From contig CAXMNC010000202.1 in assembly GCA_964194625.1 (NCBI GenBank), forward strand, positions 1,050 through 65,049: a stretch of DNA of 64,000 nucleotides, given 5' to 3'. Both the position numbers and the translations under genes were made by a program. This document shows positions 10,701-20,598 of the stretch, one piece after another (the first letter of the stretch is position 1; each line of letters opens with the position of its first letter). This DNA comes from Acidiferrobacterales bacterium. Its GTDB lineage: Bacteria > Pseudomonadota > Gammaproteobacteria > Acidiferrobacterales > SPGG2. The notes below the pieces were generated by a model, which was not told the origin of the DNA, did not search any database, and was given only the letters and a program-made list of their open reading frames with translations.

Positions 10701-12571
10701 ATATTAAGCTGGTCGGCGCGTTTAACCATGTGCATATATTTCTCGATCCCGATCCAGATCCGGAGGCTTCCTATCGCGAACGCGAACGTCTATTTAACCT
10801 GCCTCGATCCAACTGGCGTGCCTACAACCAAGAGCTTATCTCCAAAGGTGGTGGGATCTTTGAGCGCAGCGCCAAGTCGATACCGCTTTCTGCCGAGGTA
10901 CGGCAATTGCTGCGCGTTGACGTCAATCATATGGCGCCCAATGAATTGGTCAACGCGATGCTCAAGGCGCCGGTAGATCTGCTGTGGAATGGTGGTATCG
11001 GCACTTATGTGAAGGCTGAGTCTGAGACCCATATGGATGCAGCCGATCGCGCCAACGATGCCGTTCGCGTCAACGGTAGAGATCTTAGCTGCCGCGTCGT
11101 TGGCGAAGGCGGTAACCTTGGTTTGACACAGTTAGGCCGCACCGAATATGCACGTAAAGGCGGCAAAGTCTATACAGATTTCATCGACAATTCCGCTGGT
11201 GTCGATTGCTCGGACCATGAGGTCAATATCAAGATCTTGTTGAATCAAGTCGTCGCAAGCGGCGATATGACTCAAAAGCAGCGCAACAACCTACTCGCGA
11301 GTATGACCGACGAGGTCGCAGAATTGGTATTGGGGGACAACTACGGTCAGTCACAGGCGATAAGTATCGCCACAATGCAGGCACCGGCCTTGTTTGCAGA
11401 GCACACCCGTTTCATGCGCCACCTGGAGCGCCTTGGAAAACTGGACCGTGAAGGGGAATTTCTACCAAGCGACAAGATCATTGCCGATCGGCAGGCGGCG
11501 CAAGAAGGGTTCACCAAACCCGAGATTTCGGTGTTGTTTGCCTACAGCAAGATGACGCTGTACGAAGAACTGTTGTCCTCCGATGTGCCGGAGGATCCCT
11601 ATTTGTCTAACGCGTTGCCGCGCCATTTTCCCAAACGCCTGGGCGAGCGCTTTAGCTCGGAGATGTACAATCATCGGCTAAGAAGGGAAATAATCGCTAC
11701 GCACATTATCAATAGCATGGTCAATCGCGCTGGCCCCACATTTGCCTTTCGAATGCGCGAAGAGAGCGGGGCAGAGGCCCCCGATATCACGCGCGCCTAC
11801 GCCGCCGCCCACGAGATCTTTAACATCCACGACCTTTGGACGGAGATCGAGTCGTTAGATAACAAAGTAACGGCGCAGATGCAGATGGCCATGCTGTTTG
11901 CCGATACGGGAGGGCTTATCGAACGTGCGACCCTTTGGTTGTTACGAAATCGCCGGCCGCCGCTAGACATTGCCACCACTGTGTCGTACTTCAAAGAGGG
12001 TGTTCGTGAGCTGGCGGAGAGCCTGCCCAAACCGCTAGCCGCCGTGAACAGGCTCGACCTGAAGCAGCGATACAAGCACTTTTCTTCCGAAAACGTGCCC
12101 AGCGCATTGGCTGAACGTATCGCTGGGCTAATTGCCCTCTCATCTGCATTAGATATTGTCGAGGTGTCAAAGGCTAGCAGACGCAACGTGCCAACGGTTG
12201 CGGCGCTCTACTTCGCCCTTGGGGCACGACTGGAATTGCAGTGGTTACGCGAACAGATCGCGGATTTAAAGGTGAGAAATCATTGGCATACGCTGGCGAA
12301 ATCAGCGTTACGCAATGATCTACACGTCCAGCAACGTCACCTTACAACGGAAGTGTTGAATACCAGCAAGAGGACGGTTGGCGCCAAGGCGATGGTCGAT
12401 ACGTGGGTCTCGGACAATCAGTTCGTTGTTGATCGCTTCATGGAGCGCGTCTCGGATCTACAGGCGAGCGACACCGTGGATTTTGCGATGCTGTCCGTAG
12501 CGTTAAACGAGGTGCACAGTCTACGCCAAGCGGAGAGACCCACCACGCAGGCGTCGGTATCCGCGGCGTAG
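7721..12571 (+). CDS. gdhB: NAD-specific glutamate dehydrogenase, large (~180 kDa) class
   Basis: Single 1616-aa ORF. The central catalytic region (MKAQMVKNAVIVPVGSKGGFV, GITARGGWESV, GDMAGDVFGNGML) matches the bacterial giant NAD-GDH family. Confidence 0.9.
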   Translation: MSLQPSGRTAELIDKLVSHAQKKLPKGQTKQVEAFLRQYYLWVSPGDLLKQDILDLSGAALAHWQLARQRSPGEAKVRVYNPQFEKHGWQSSHTIVEIVTDDMPFLVDSASMALNRYGLTIHLTIHPVVSVRRSAQGKLLDILPVAESKDGTAESFMHFQIDKQTETPVLEKLATEIRLVLDDVNRACTDWKAIREKVLDIIRELDENPPPLAKDEIEEAQTFCRWIEGDHFTFLGYCEYDLKKANGQLQLASGSTLGILRGSQKETFSVLPTETQEYGRSKQLLVVAKASSRATVHRPVYMDFIGVKRFDAKGKPNGEHCILGLFTSAAYRRNPRKIPFLRQKTKRIMDRSKLLSNSHAGKALQNVIETYPRDTLFQISEDELFSSAMGILELQERQRIRLFVSRDAYARFYSCMVYVPRERYNRELRMRIQGILLEAFSGIGVEFDTLFSESILARIHYVVHTDPTSRIDYDVNEVEARIIEAARSWQDNLRDTLTERYGEEKGNVLLRNYGDAFPGGYREDFAARTAAIDIERMESIRDTDELGISFYRPLVETEGGVRLKLFSSGKPIPPSDALPMIENMGLKVVGERPYEIRRRDGSPVWIHEFNMVHTQGLEVDLDEVGETFQDAFARVWRGLIENDGFNRLVLSAGLSWRGTVVLRAYCKYLLQIRVPFSRTYMVETLTNHSNIARLLVDLFRARFDPARVDQAEARVADLLSQIEQHIDSVASLDEDRILRSFLNVIQATLRTNFFQKQSDGQPKPYLSFKLDPDRIDNMPLPKPMFEIFVFSPRTEALHLRGGKVARGGLRWSDRREDFRTEVLGLMKAQMVKNAVIVPVGSKGGFVVKQPPVGGDRESLAKEVVACYTTFISGMLDITDNLQGGAVVPPKDVVRYDEDDPYLVIAADKGTATFSDIANGVAKDYGLWLGDAFASGGSAGYDHKKMGITARGGWESVKRHFRELGIDIQSTDFTVMGIGDMAGDVFGNGMLLSRHIKLVGAFNHVHIFLDPDPDPEASYRERERLFNLPRSNWRAYNQELISKGGGIFERSAKSIPLSAEVRQLLRVDVNHMAPNELVNAMLKAPVDLLWNGGIGTYVKAESETHMDAADRANDAVRVNGRDLSCRVVGEGGNLGLTQLGRTEYARKGGKVYTDFIDNSAGVDCSDHEVNIKILLNQVVASGDMTQKQRNNLLASMTDEVAELVLGDNYGQSQAISIATMQAPALFAEHTRFMRHLERLGKLDREGEFLPSDKIIADRQAAQEGFTKPEISVLFAYSKMTLYEELLSSDVPEDPYLSNALPRHFPKRLGERFSSEMYNHRLRREIIATHIINSMVNRAGPTFAFRMREESGAEAPDITRAYAAAHEIFNIHDLWTEIESLDNKVTAQMQMAMLFADTGGLIERATLWLLRNRRPPLDIATTVSYFKEGVRELAESLPKPLAAVNRLDLKQRYKHFSSENVPSALAERIAGLIALSSALDIVEVSKASRRNVPTVAALYFALGARLELQWLREQIADLKVRNHWHTLAKSALRNDLHVQQRHLTTEVLNTSKRTVGAKAMVDTWVSDNQFVVDRFMERVSDLQASDTVDFAMLSVALNEVHSLRQAERPTTQASVSAA

Positions 12572-12774
12572 AAAAATCAGACACCGCTCACGGCCCCGCT
12601 GCTAGCAAGATCTTTTCCAATAGGCGGCACACTGCGCCAGGGTAACCTAGCGTTCTGTTGTGACGTCCAGCGCGGATACGACACCTCGCAGCCGTGACAA
12701 CGGTTCTGCCAACGGCAAAAACTGTGTAAGCTATCCCTTGCCAACAAGAACAATCCTCTGTCGTTTTCCAAACC

Positions 12775-13629
12775 ATGCAAACGAGTAGTTTCTTAAGTAT
12801 TAGTGCCCACGAATTTCACAAGATTGCCTACACCGAATGGGGGGACCCAGACAACGAGCGCGTATTGATTTGCGTGCACGGCCTCACCCGTAATGGACGA
12901 GACTTTGATTTCTTGGCCAAGGCGCTCGCGGAAGACTACCGAGTAGTGTGTCCTGATATCGTCGGACGTGGACACAGTGAGTGGCTTAAGGTCAAGGAGG
13001 ACTATATCTACGCGACCTATGACGTCGATGTGGCCGCACTCATCGCACGGTTGGATGTGGAGCGCGTGGACTGGCTGGGCACATCCATGGGCGGCCTCAT
13101 CGGCATGTTGCTCGCCGCCCTGCCAAATACACCAATCCGGCGGCTTATCATCAATGACATCGGTCCCTTCATTCCCAAGGCGGCCCTAGAGCGTATTGCG
13201 CAATACGTAGGCACTGACCCGCGCTTTGAGAGTCTTGCCGATGTCGAAGCTCACTTGCGTGAGGTCCACGCGGGATTTGGGCCGCTAACGGATAAACAAT
13301 GGGGGCACCTCACCCGTCATAGTGCGCACAAAACAGAAGACGGCCGTTACGCCCTTATGTATGACCCCGCCATTGCGTTGCGCTTCACGACTGAGCCCCT
13401 CGAAGACATGGACTTGTGGGCGGTGTGGGACCAGATCGGTTGCCCGGTCCTGCTACTTCGCGGAACGGAATCCGACATGCTGCTTGCGGAGATCGCCGAA
13501 GAAATGCAGACGCGAGGTCCGCGGACGCAGCTCGTGGAATTGGCCGGCGTCGGTCACGCGCCGGCACTAATGGCGAAAGACCAGATCGACGTCATCCGTG
13601 ACTGGTTACTAGACACTCGTGAATCGTGA
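12775..13629 (+). CDS. Alpha/beta-fold hydrolase
   Basis: 284 aa with an HG oxyanion motif (LICVHGLTRNGRDF), a nucleophile elbow GTSMGG, and a C-terminal GVGHAP histidine region. Confidence 0.75.
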   Translation: MQTSSFLSISAHEFHKIAYTEWGDPDNERVLICVHGLTRNGRDFDFLAKALAEDYRVVCPDIVGRGHSEWLKVKEDYIYATYDVDVAALIARLDVERVDWLGTSMGGLIGMLLAALPNTPIRRLIINDIGPFIPKAALERIAQYVGTDPRFESLADVEAHLREVHAGFGPLTDKQWGHLTRHSAHKTEDGRYALMYDPAIALRFTTEPLEDMDLWAVWDQIGCPVLLLRGTESDMLLAEIAEEMQTRGPRTQLVELAGVGHAPALMAKDQIDVIRDWLLDTRES

Positions 13630-13651
13630 ACCGTAAGCCGTGAGTCGAAAC

Positions 13652-13685
13652 TCGGCTCGCGATCGCTGGTGTCGGCGCGAGCCGA
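13652..13685. terminator. Stem-loop between convergent genes (possible bidirectional terminator)
   Basis: tcggctcgcg (13652-13661) pairs with cgcgagccga (13676-13685): a 10-bp perfect stem with a 14-nt loop. It lies in the 101-bp gap between the hydrolase and gabD stops. No strong U-tract. Confidence 0.3.
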
Positions 13686-13730
13686 CTGGTGAAACCCCGA
13701 TTGCGCAGTGACACTGGCGACACGATGTAT

Positions 13731-15209
13731 CTATTTGTCGATCCCCCCCATACACAGATACTTGATCTCCAGAAACTCGTCCATGCCGTACCTCGAACCT
13801 TCGCGTCCGATGCCTGACTCTTTCATACCGCCGAAGGGTGCCACTTCGTTAGAGATGATGCCCTCGTTAACGCCAACAATGCCGTACTCCAGCGCCTCCG
13901 ACACGCGCCAGATGCAGCCGATGTCGCGACTGTAAAAGTAGGCGGCGAGCCCGAACTCCGTGTCGTTCGCCATACGAATCGCTTCCTCTTCGTCGTGAAA
14001 GCGGAACAATGGCGCTACCGGGCCAAACGTTTCTTCGTTCGCGACCGCCATCTCCGGCGTCATCTGCGTCAACAGCGTGGGCTCGAAGAAAGTTCCGCCA
14101 AGGGCGTGGCGTGAACCGCCGGCGACGACTTGTGCGCCCTTTTGGGTAGCGTCCGCTATATGGAATTCCACCTTCTCGACCGCGCGCATGTCGATTAGCG
14201 GCCCTTGTTGCACGCCATCCTCGAGACCGTTGCCTACCTTGAGCTTGCCCACCGCATCCGCCATCTTTTCGGCAAACGCATCGTAGACGGCATCTTGCAC
14301 CAGAACCCGGTTCGCGCACACGCAGGTCTGACCGGCATTCCGATACTTCGATGCCATGGCGCCAGCGACGGCAGCGTCGAGGTCTGCATCGTCGAAGACA
14401 ATGAATGGTGCGTTGCCGCCGAGTTCCAACGACACCTTCTTGACCGTGTCTGCACACTGGGCCATGAGCGCCTTGCCTACTTCGGTCGAACCCGTGAAGC
14501 CGAGCTTTCGTACGGTCGGATTGCTCGTGAGTTCAGCCCCGATCACCGCCGACGGTCCGGTGATCACATTGAATACGCCCTTGGGCATTCCTGCGCGTTC
14601 TGCCAACTCTGCGAGCGCAAGTGCCGTATACGGTGTTTGTGATGCCGGCTTGCTCACAACGGTACAACCGGCGGCCAGTGCCGGTGCACACTTACGCGTA
14701 ATCATGGCCGCCGGAAAGTTCCACGGCGTGATCGCGGCGACCACACCAATCGGTTGTTTCAGCACGACGATACGCTTACCGCGCAGCGGATGCGGCATGG
14801 TATCGCCGTAGACTCGCTTGCCCTCTTCGGCGAACCATTCTATGAACGAGGCGGCATAGGCGATCTCGCCCCGGGATTCCGCGAGCGGCTTACCCTGCTC
14901 CGTAGTCATGAGGACCGCCAGATCCTCCTGGTTTTCCATCATGAGCTCGAACCATCTGCGCATGATGACCGCGCGTTCCTTACCGGTCATCGCCCGCCAC
15001 TCGGGCCAGGCCGCATCGGCGGCAGCGATAGCGCGACGCGTATCTTCAGTAGCCAACCCAGGCACCGTGCCTAGGACGCTGCCGGTGGCCGGATTGTTGA
15101 CTTCGATGACGGCACCATCTTGCGCATCCACCCACGCGCCATCGATGTAACAGCGTTCACGAAATAGCGAGGTGTTACTCAGGTTCACAGTCGCAGTGTT
15201 CAGGTTCAC
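13731..15209 (-). CDS. gabD: Succinate-semialdehyde dehydrogenase
   Basis: 492-aa aldehyde dehydrogenase. It has a GabD-like N-terminus (LFRERCYIDGAWVDA), the catalytic Cys region GQTCVCANR and the Glu region LELGGNAP. Confidence 0.85.
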   Translation of the reverse strand: MNLNTATVNLSNTSLFRERCYIDGAWVDAQDGAVIEVNNPATGSVLGTVPGLATEDTRRAIAAADAAWPEWRAMTGKERAVIMRRWFELMMENQEDLAVLMTTEQGKPLAESRGEIAYAASFIEWFAEEGKRVYGDTMPHPLRGKRIVVLKQPIGVVAAITPWNFPAAMITRKCAPALAAGCTVVSKPASQTPYTALALAELAERAGMPKGVFNVITGPSAVIGAELTSNPTVRKLGFTGSTEVGKALMAQCADTVKKVSLELGGNAPFIVFDDADLDAAVAGAMASKYRNAGQTCVCANRVLVQDAVYDAFAEKMADAVGKLKVGNGLEDGVQQGPLIDMRAVEKVEFHIADATQKGAQVVAGGSRHALGGTFFEPTLLTQMTPEMAVANEETFGPVAPLFRFHDEEEAIRMANDTEFGLAAYFYSRDIGCIWRVSEALEYGIVGVNEGIISNEVAPFGGMKESGIGREGSRYGMDEFLEIKYLCMGGIDK

Positions 15210-15376
15210 GTTAATTCCCTCCAGTTTGTTCGTTTTGTCCGATCCCGTGCCTCTAAGAGCGGCAAGACCTTAATCATAAGCGACATTATGCAGCGTCCGC
15301 GCGCCGTGCGCCAAAGGCCACCATAAGGCTGCTCCTGGGGGCGTGTGTAGATGTTGGCAAAGGCATTGGTTTTCCC

Positions 15377-16510
15377 CTAGCCGCCTGTGGGTATGAGGAT
15401 CTGGCGGACGGTGCGGCCCGACGCGAGGCGATCGAACGCCGCATTCAAATCATCAAAACCGAGATGGTCGCTCATTAGCCGGTTCACGGGCAATCGGCCT
15501 TGCCGGTACAGGGCGATAAACCGCGGTATATCCCTCGCAGGTACGCAACTGCCCACATAGCTGCCCTTAAGCGTGCGTTCCTCCGCCACCAGGCTCACTG
15601 CCTGTAAGGCCAGCGTATGCTCGGGATGGGCAAGCCCTGCCGTCACCGTGGTACCGCCGCGACGGGTAATTCTATAAGCCAAGTCAAGCGCCTTGACCGA
15701 ACCCGCCATCTCGAAGGCGTAGTCCACGCCGCCTTGAGTGGCCTCCTTCACAGCCGCTGCGCAGTCGCTGTCGCCAGCTCTGAAGGTATCGGTAGCGCCA
15801 AGTTGACGCGCGAGCGCCAGCTTCTCATCGATAACGTCGATCGCGACGATGCGTTGCGCACCGACAAGCACCGCTCCCAGCAAGGCGTTGAGGCCCACAC
15901 CGCCGAGGCCGACGACTGCTACCGTCGCCGCCGGCGGCACGCGTGCGGTATGCACCACGGCCCCTACCCCGGTTAACACCGCACAGCCAAACAGTGCCGC
16001 CTCATCGAGCGGCAACTCACTATCGACCTTGATCAGCGATTGGCGCGAGACCACTGCGTATTCGGCAAACGCCGATATCCCCATGTGATGATTGATGGCT
16101 TTGTCGTTGCGATGAAGCCGGCGTGCACCCGATAACAGTGCACCGGCGGAGTTGGCGTGAAAGCCCGGCTCGCATAAGGCGGGACGTCCTTCCATGCACG
16201 GCAGACAATGGCCGCAACTCGGGACAAAGACCATGACCACGTGATCATCGGTACGAATGTCTTTCACACCGGCACCCAGCTCACGCACAATCCCAGCCGC
16301 TTCATGACCGAGGGCCATCGGCGTGGGTCGGGGCCGGTCGCCGTTGATAACGGATAGGTCGGAATGACACAGTCCGGCCGCCTTCACTTCCACCAGCACC
16401 TCACCCTCACCGGGTGGGTCGAGTTCGACCTCCTCGATATGGAGCGGGCGGCTTTCCGCATAGGGTGGTGGCAACTCCATTTCGTGCAAGACGGCGGCTC
16501 TCGTTTTCAT
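15377..16510 (-). CDS. Zinc-dependent alcohol dehydrogenase (MDR family)
   Basis: Internal ATG at 16510 is preceded by GGAGGA; the annotated ORF extends to 16615 but that extension looks non-coding. It has the GLCHSD zinc motif, GHEAAGIV, structural-zinc cysteines CGHCLPCMEGRPALC and a GLGGVG Rossmann motif. Confidence 0.8.
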   Translation of the reverse strand: MKTRAAVLHEMELPPPYAESRPLHIEEVELDPPGEGEVLVEVKAAGLCHSDLSVINGDRPRPTPMALGHEAAGIVRELGAGVKDIRTDDHVVMVFVPSCGHCLPCMEGRPALCEPGFHANSAGALLSGARRLHRNDKAINHHMGISAFAEYAVVSRQSLIKVDSELPLDEAALFGCAVLTGVGAVVHTARVPPAATVAVVGLGGVGLNALLGAVLVGAQRIVAIDVIDEKLALARQLGATDTFRAGDSDCAAAVKEATQGGVDYAFEMAGSVKALDLAYRITRRGGTTVTAGLAHPEHTLALQAVSLVAEERTLKGSYVGSCVPARDIPRFIALYRQGRLPVNRLMSDHLGFDDLNAAFDRLASGRTVRQILIPTGG

Positions 16511-16603
16511 GCTCTGTCCTCCTGGTGGTATCGAGCGTTGTTGCCCGCCTATTATAACGTCACCGAATAGACAGGCGGGTCGTCCGTGTGGCAGCCTGAC
16601 CGC

Positions 16604-17470
16604 ATGGTTGTGCATCTACCTGATCCGGACAGCGCGCGCGGGTGGTGCGCAGAGCAGCGGGCAGCCGGTCGCTCGATTGGTTTCGTGCCCACCATGGGTG
16701 GGTTACACGAAGGACACCTGTCGCTCGTGCGCCGCGCCGTGGCCGAGAACGAAATCACTTGTGTCAGCATCTTTGTCAATCCGCTGCAATTCAACGACCC
16801 GGGGGATTTGGCGAGCTATCCGCGTAATCTAGACGACGATATACGGCAACTACAAGACATAGGGTGCGACATGGTCTTCACCGGTACCTTCGAGCAGTTT
16901 TTTCCCGACGTCGAATCCCCCGAGGACATCGTACAACGAGATCCTGGGCCGGGAGCGGATGGGGTCGAAGGAGCGGGCCGGCCCGGGCACTTCGCGGGGG
17001 TCGCTACCATTTGCGAGCGCCTGTTCAAAGTGGTTGGCTCAGCGCGCGCCTACTTTGGCGAAAAGGACTTTCAACAAACGTTGGTCGTAAAAGATCTTGC
17101 ACGGGCGCTAGGTTACCCCGAGATTGTCGTGTGTCCGACCGTGCGGGAGCCCTCAGGGTTGGCGTACTCCTCACGTAACGTCTTGCTCACAGACAGTGAG
17201 CGTGAGCGTGCGGCTTGTATATCTCGTGCACTGTTCAGTGCGCGCCACGCCTGGCATCAAGGCGAGTGCGAGGCTGGGAAATTACGCGAGGTGATGTTGC
17301 GTGAGCTCGACGTTGACGGCATAGACGTGGAATACGCCGAGCTAAGAGACCCGCACGATTGGCGACCCGAAGCGCCAGCAGGAAGCCTGGTACATGCACA
17401 AGCGCTGATCGCGGCACGGATCGGCAAGGCGCGCCTTATCGATAACCTGCGCTTGGATTGCGGCGCTTAG
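16604..17470 (+). CDS. panC: Pantoate--beta-alanine ligase
   Basis: GFVPTMGGLHEGHLSLV (HxGH-type motif) and overall PanC-like sequence. The ATG at 16604 is preferred over the GTG at 16586. Confidence 0.85.
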   Translation: MVVHLPDPDSARGWCAEQRAAGRSIGFVPTMGGLHEGHLSLVRRAVAENEITCVSIFVNPLQFNDPGDLASYPRNLDDDIRQLQDIGCDMVFTGTFEQFFPDVESPEDIVQRDPGPGADGVEGAGRPGHFAGVATICERLFKVVGSARAYFGEKDFQQTLVVKDLARALGYPEIVVCPTVREPSGLAYSSRNVLLTDSERERAACISRALFSARHAWHQGECEAGKLREVMLRELDVDGIDVEYAELRDPHDWRPEAPAGSLVHAQALIAARIGKARLIDNLRLDCGA

Positions 17471-17471
17471 T

Positions 17472-18989
17472 TCAATGCTCACCGCCCGCTTTGAAGTTAA
17501 ACTGGGCGCCAGATCGAATGCCTGACGGCCAACGCGCGGTGATGGTCTTCAGTTTGGTAAAGAACTTCACGCCCTCGGGGCCGTGCACGTAAAGATCGCC
17601 AAACAACGAGCGTTTCCAACCGCCAAAACTATGATAAGCAACCGGCACTGGGATCGGTACATTGACGCCCACCATACCGCTTTGCACTGCACTGGAGAAA
17701 TGACGGGCACAATCACCATCGCGTGTAAACACAGCAGCACCATTACCAAGTTCATGGGCATTGACAAGCCCTAAGGCCTCGTCATAGTTTTCAGCACGCA
17801 CAATGCTGAGCACAGGACCGAAGATTTCCTCGTTGTAGATGCGCATGTCGGCACGCACTTTGTCGAACAAGCAACCACCCAGGAACGAACCGTTCTCGTA
17901 ACCCTTGGGCTTTACATCGCGTCCATCAACAACGAGTTCGGCGCCCTCAGCGACACCAACTTCGACATAATTCTTAACCTTTTCGTAATGTTGTGGCGTC
18001 ACAAGTGGTCCCATCTCGGCCTCGGGATCGGTGTAGGGGCCAATCTTGAGGCCCTCGACGCGTGGTTTAAGTCGTTCTACGAGTTCGTCGGCCGTACGTT
18101 CGCCGACGGGCACCACTACTGAGATCGCCATGCAACGTTCGCCGGCAGAGCCATAGGCGGCGCCCATGATGGCATCGACCGCCTGATCCATATCCGCATC
18201 TGGCATAACCACCATATGATTCTTGGCGCCACACAGTGCCTGCACTCGCTTTCCGTGTGCGCAACCGGTGGTATAAACGTATTCACCGATACCAACCGAA
18301 CCGACAAAGCTTATAGAGGCAATGCCTGGATCGGTCAGCAAGGTATCCACCGCTTCCTTGTCACCATTGACAACATTTAACACGCCTTCAGGAAGCCCCG
18401 CTTCTGTCATTAGCTCGGCCAACTTTAGGGTAACCGACGGGTCTTTCTCCGATGGCTTTAATACAAAGGTGTTACCGCAAGCGAGCGCAATCGGAAACAT
18501 CCACATCGGTACCATGGCGGGGAAATTGAATGGCGTAATGCCGCCACATACACCCAGCGGTTGACGAACGGAGTAGCTGTCCACGCCCCGTGATACCCCT
18601 TCATTGAACTCGCCTTTCAACATCTGCGGAATGCCACAAGCAAACTCAACAACTTCGACGCCACGCGTCACAGAGCCCTTGGCATCCGCCAAAGTTTTAC
18701 CATGCTCAGATGACAACAGTTCGGCAAGCTCGTCTGTGCGTTGTTTCACCAAGTCACGAAATCGAAACAGTATTTGCACACGCTGCGCTGGCGGCGTTGC
18801 TGCCCATGCCGGAAACGCCTTTGCCGCGGTCGCAATCACCTGACGAACCTCATCGGCACTGGCGAATGGCACCTTGGTTGTGATCTCACCCGTCGCCGGG
18901 TTGTAGATATCGCCGAAGCGACCGCTGGTACCCTCTATCTTCTGCCCGCCGATATAATGGTGCAGCGTATTTGTTACTTTGACGTCCAT
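17472..18989 (-). CDS. mmsA: CoA-acylating methylmalonate/malonate-semialdehyde dehydrogenase
   Basis: Start ATG 18989 is preceded by GGAGGTGAGG. MDVKVTNTLHHYIGGQKIEGTSGRFGDIYNPATGE and GAKNHMVV (in place of the usual ELGG Glu) are characteristic of MmsA-type ALDHs. Confidence 0.85.
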   Translation of the reverse strand: MDVKVTNTLHHYIGGQKIEGTSGRFGDIYNPATGEITTKVPFASADEVRQVIATAAKAFPAWAATPPAQRVQILFRFRDLVKQRTDELAELLSSEHGKTLADAKGSVTRGVEVVEFACGIPQMLKGEFNEGVSRGVDSYSVRQPLGVCGGITPFNFPAMVPMWMFPIALACGNTFVLKPSEKDPSVTLKLAELMTEAGLPEGVLNVVNGDKEAVDTLLTDPGIASISFVGSVGIGEYVYTTGCAHGKRVQALCGAKNHMVVMPDADMDQAVDAIMGAAYGSAGERCMAISVVVPVGERTADELVERLKPRVEGLKIGPYTDPEAEMGPLVTPQHYEKVKNYVEVGVAEGAELVVDGRDVKPKGYENGSFLGGCLFDKVRADMRIYNEEIFGPVLSIVRAENYDEALGLVNAHELGNGAAVFTRDGDCARHFSSAVQSGMVGVNVPIPVPVAYHSFGGWKRSLFGDLYVHGPEGVKFFTKLKTITARWPSGIRSGAQFNFKAGGEH

Positions 18990-19230
18990 AACCTCACCTC
19001 CGCGCGGCACTCTTGCCGCTGCCTGCGCACGCGTTGTACCGTTCTCACGGGACAAGATACAGCGCGTCGACGTATCGAGCAAACCAACAGTTTGCTCGAT
19101 ACCGTGCTACCGATGCCAAATGATGTCCGACGAATGCTGGCCCTACGTCGTCCCCCATGGGCCAACTCCCCTTATCGCCAGTACCGCCTACTCCTTGTCT
19201 CCTGTAAACTCAGTCGCGGCGCCTTATCAG

Positions 19231-20580
19231 TTACGACGAGTGCGCTTTTCTTATGTCTGCGGTCTGGGCCGGGTAAGTCTTCAATACATCCCTCAGAATG
19301 GCGCACATTTCATCGATATGCGCTTTTTCCGCAATCAACGGTGGCGCCAAAATGCCGGCGTCACCGGTCATCTTGATATGCATGCCAGCCTCGAAAAGAC
19401 GTTTTTGCACTTCGTAACCACGCACGCCGGGCGTGCCCGCGGGCGCAACGTCGAAGCCTGCAATCAGTCCATAGCCGCGAATGTCGGTTATCACTGGCAA
19501 GTCGCTCAAGGCAAATACGGCCTCTAGAAAATACTCGGACATGTCGGCCGCACGCTCGAATAGCCCTTCCTTCTCGTAGATGTCGAGCACGGCGAGGCCG
19601 GCCGCACAAGCGGCCGGATGCGCCGAGTACGTATAGCCATGGAATAACTCGATGGCCTCCGCCGGCGCCGGACCACAAATGGTATCGTAGATATCCTTGC
19701 TTACGGCGACTGCACCCATAGGCTGGGCACCATTGGTCAATGCCTTGGCCATGGTCATCATATCCGGGGTTACGCCAAAGCTTTGTGCAGCGAATGCCTT
19801 GCCCGTACGCCCAAAACCACAGATGACCTCGTCAAACACCAGCAGAATCCCGTGTGCGTCACAGATCTCTCGCAAGCGTTCGAGATAGCCCTTTGGCGGC
19901 ACGAGAATCCCGGTCGAGCCGGCAATCGGCTCTACAAAGCAGGCGGCAATCGTATCCGCCCCATAGAGTCCCACCATCCGCTGCAGGTCTTCAGCGAGCT
20001 CGGCACCACTTTCTGGCTGTCCTTTCGTGAAGCGGTTTTCCGGTAGCCATGTATGGCGTAAGTGCGCGACACCGGTGAGTCCTACCCCAAAGGCTTCGCG
20101 GTTCTTCACCAGACCACTCAAGGAAGTACCGCCAATGTTCACGCCGTGATAGGCGCGCTCGCGCGATATAAAGCGCATGCGCTGTCCCTGGCCCCGGGCC
20201 CGGTGGTAGGCGAGCGCGATCTTTAGCGCTGTATCGACGGCCTCGGAACCAGAATTAGTGAAAAAGACATAGTCCAAATCACCAGGGGTGAGCGCCGCCA
20301 CTCTTTGCGCCAACTCGAAAGCTAAAGGATGGGCACTCTGGAAGGGGGCACAGTAATCCAACTCCATCAGTTGCTTGCCGACGGCATCGGCGACTTCACG
20401 GCGACCATGTCCAGCTGCCACACAAAAGAGCCCCGACGAACCGTCTAGAATGCGCTTCCCCTCGTGGCTCGTGTAGTACATACCCTCGCCGCTGACGAAA
20501 ATCCGTGGATTCGCCTTAAAGTCGCGATTGGCGGTAAAGGGCATCCAGTAATGTTCAAGTTTCTCGCTAGAAATGTTCAT
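19231..20580 (-). CDS. Omega-amino-acid (beta-alanine / taurine):pyruvate aminotransferase, class III
   Basis: 449 aa. HYWMPFTANRDFKANPRI, FTNSGSEAVDTALK, FDEVICGFGRTG and HGYTYSAHPAACAAG closely resemble BauA/Tpa-type omega-transaminases. Confidence 0.85.
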   Translation of the reverse strand: MNISSEKLEHYWMPFTANRDFKANPRIFVSGEGMYYTSHEGKRILDGSSGLFCVAAGHGRREVADAVGKQLMELDYCAPFQSAHPLAFELAQRVAALTPGDLDYVFFTNSGSEAVDTALKIALAYHRARGQGQRMRFISRERAYHGVNIGGTSLSGLVKNREAFGVGLTGVAHLRHTWLPENRFTKGQPESGAELAEDLQRMVGLYGADTIAACFVEPIAGSTGILVPPKGYLERLREICDAHGILLVFDEVICGFGRTGKAFAAQSFGVTPDMMTMAKALTNGAQPMGAVAVSKDIYDTICGPAPAEAIELFHGYTYSAHPAACAAGLAVLDIYEKEGLFERAADMSEYFLEAVFALSDLPVITDIRGYGLIAGFDVAPAGTPGVRGYEVQKRLFEAGMHIKMTGDAGILAPPLIAEKAHIDEMCAILRDVLKTYPAQTADIRKAHSS

Positions 20581-20598
20581 TTCGGTCTTCCTCAGATA

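Noticed and set aside
13867-14457. Long out-of-frame and antisense ORFs inside high-GC genes. Examples are the 196-aa ORF within gabD, 2292..2720 and 2739..3305 within aapM, and 27449..27961 opposite pta.
   Set aside because: These are Arg/Pro/Gly-rich translations typical of alternative frames of GC-rich coding DNA. Each is fully contained in a gene with strong family motifs.
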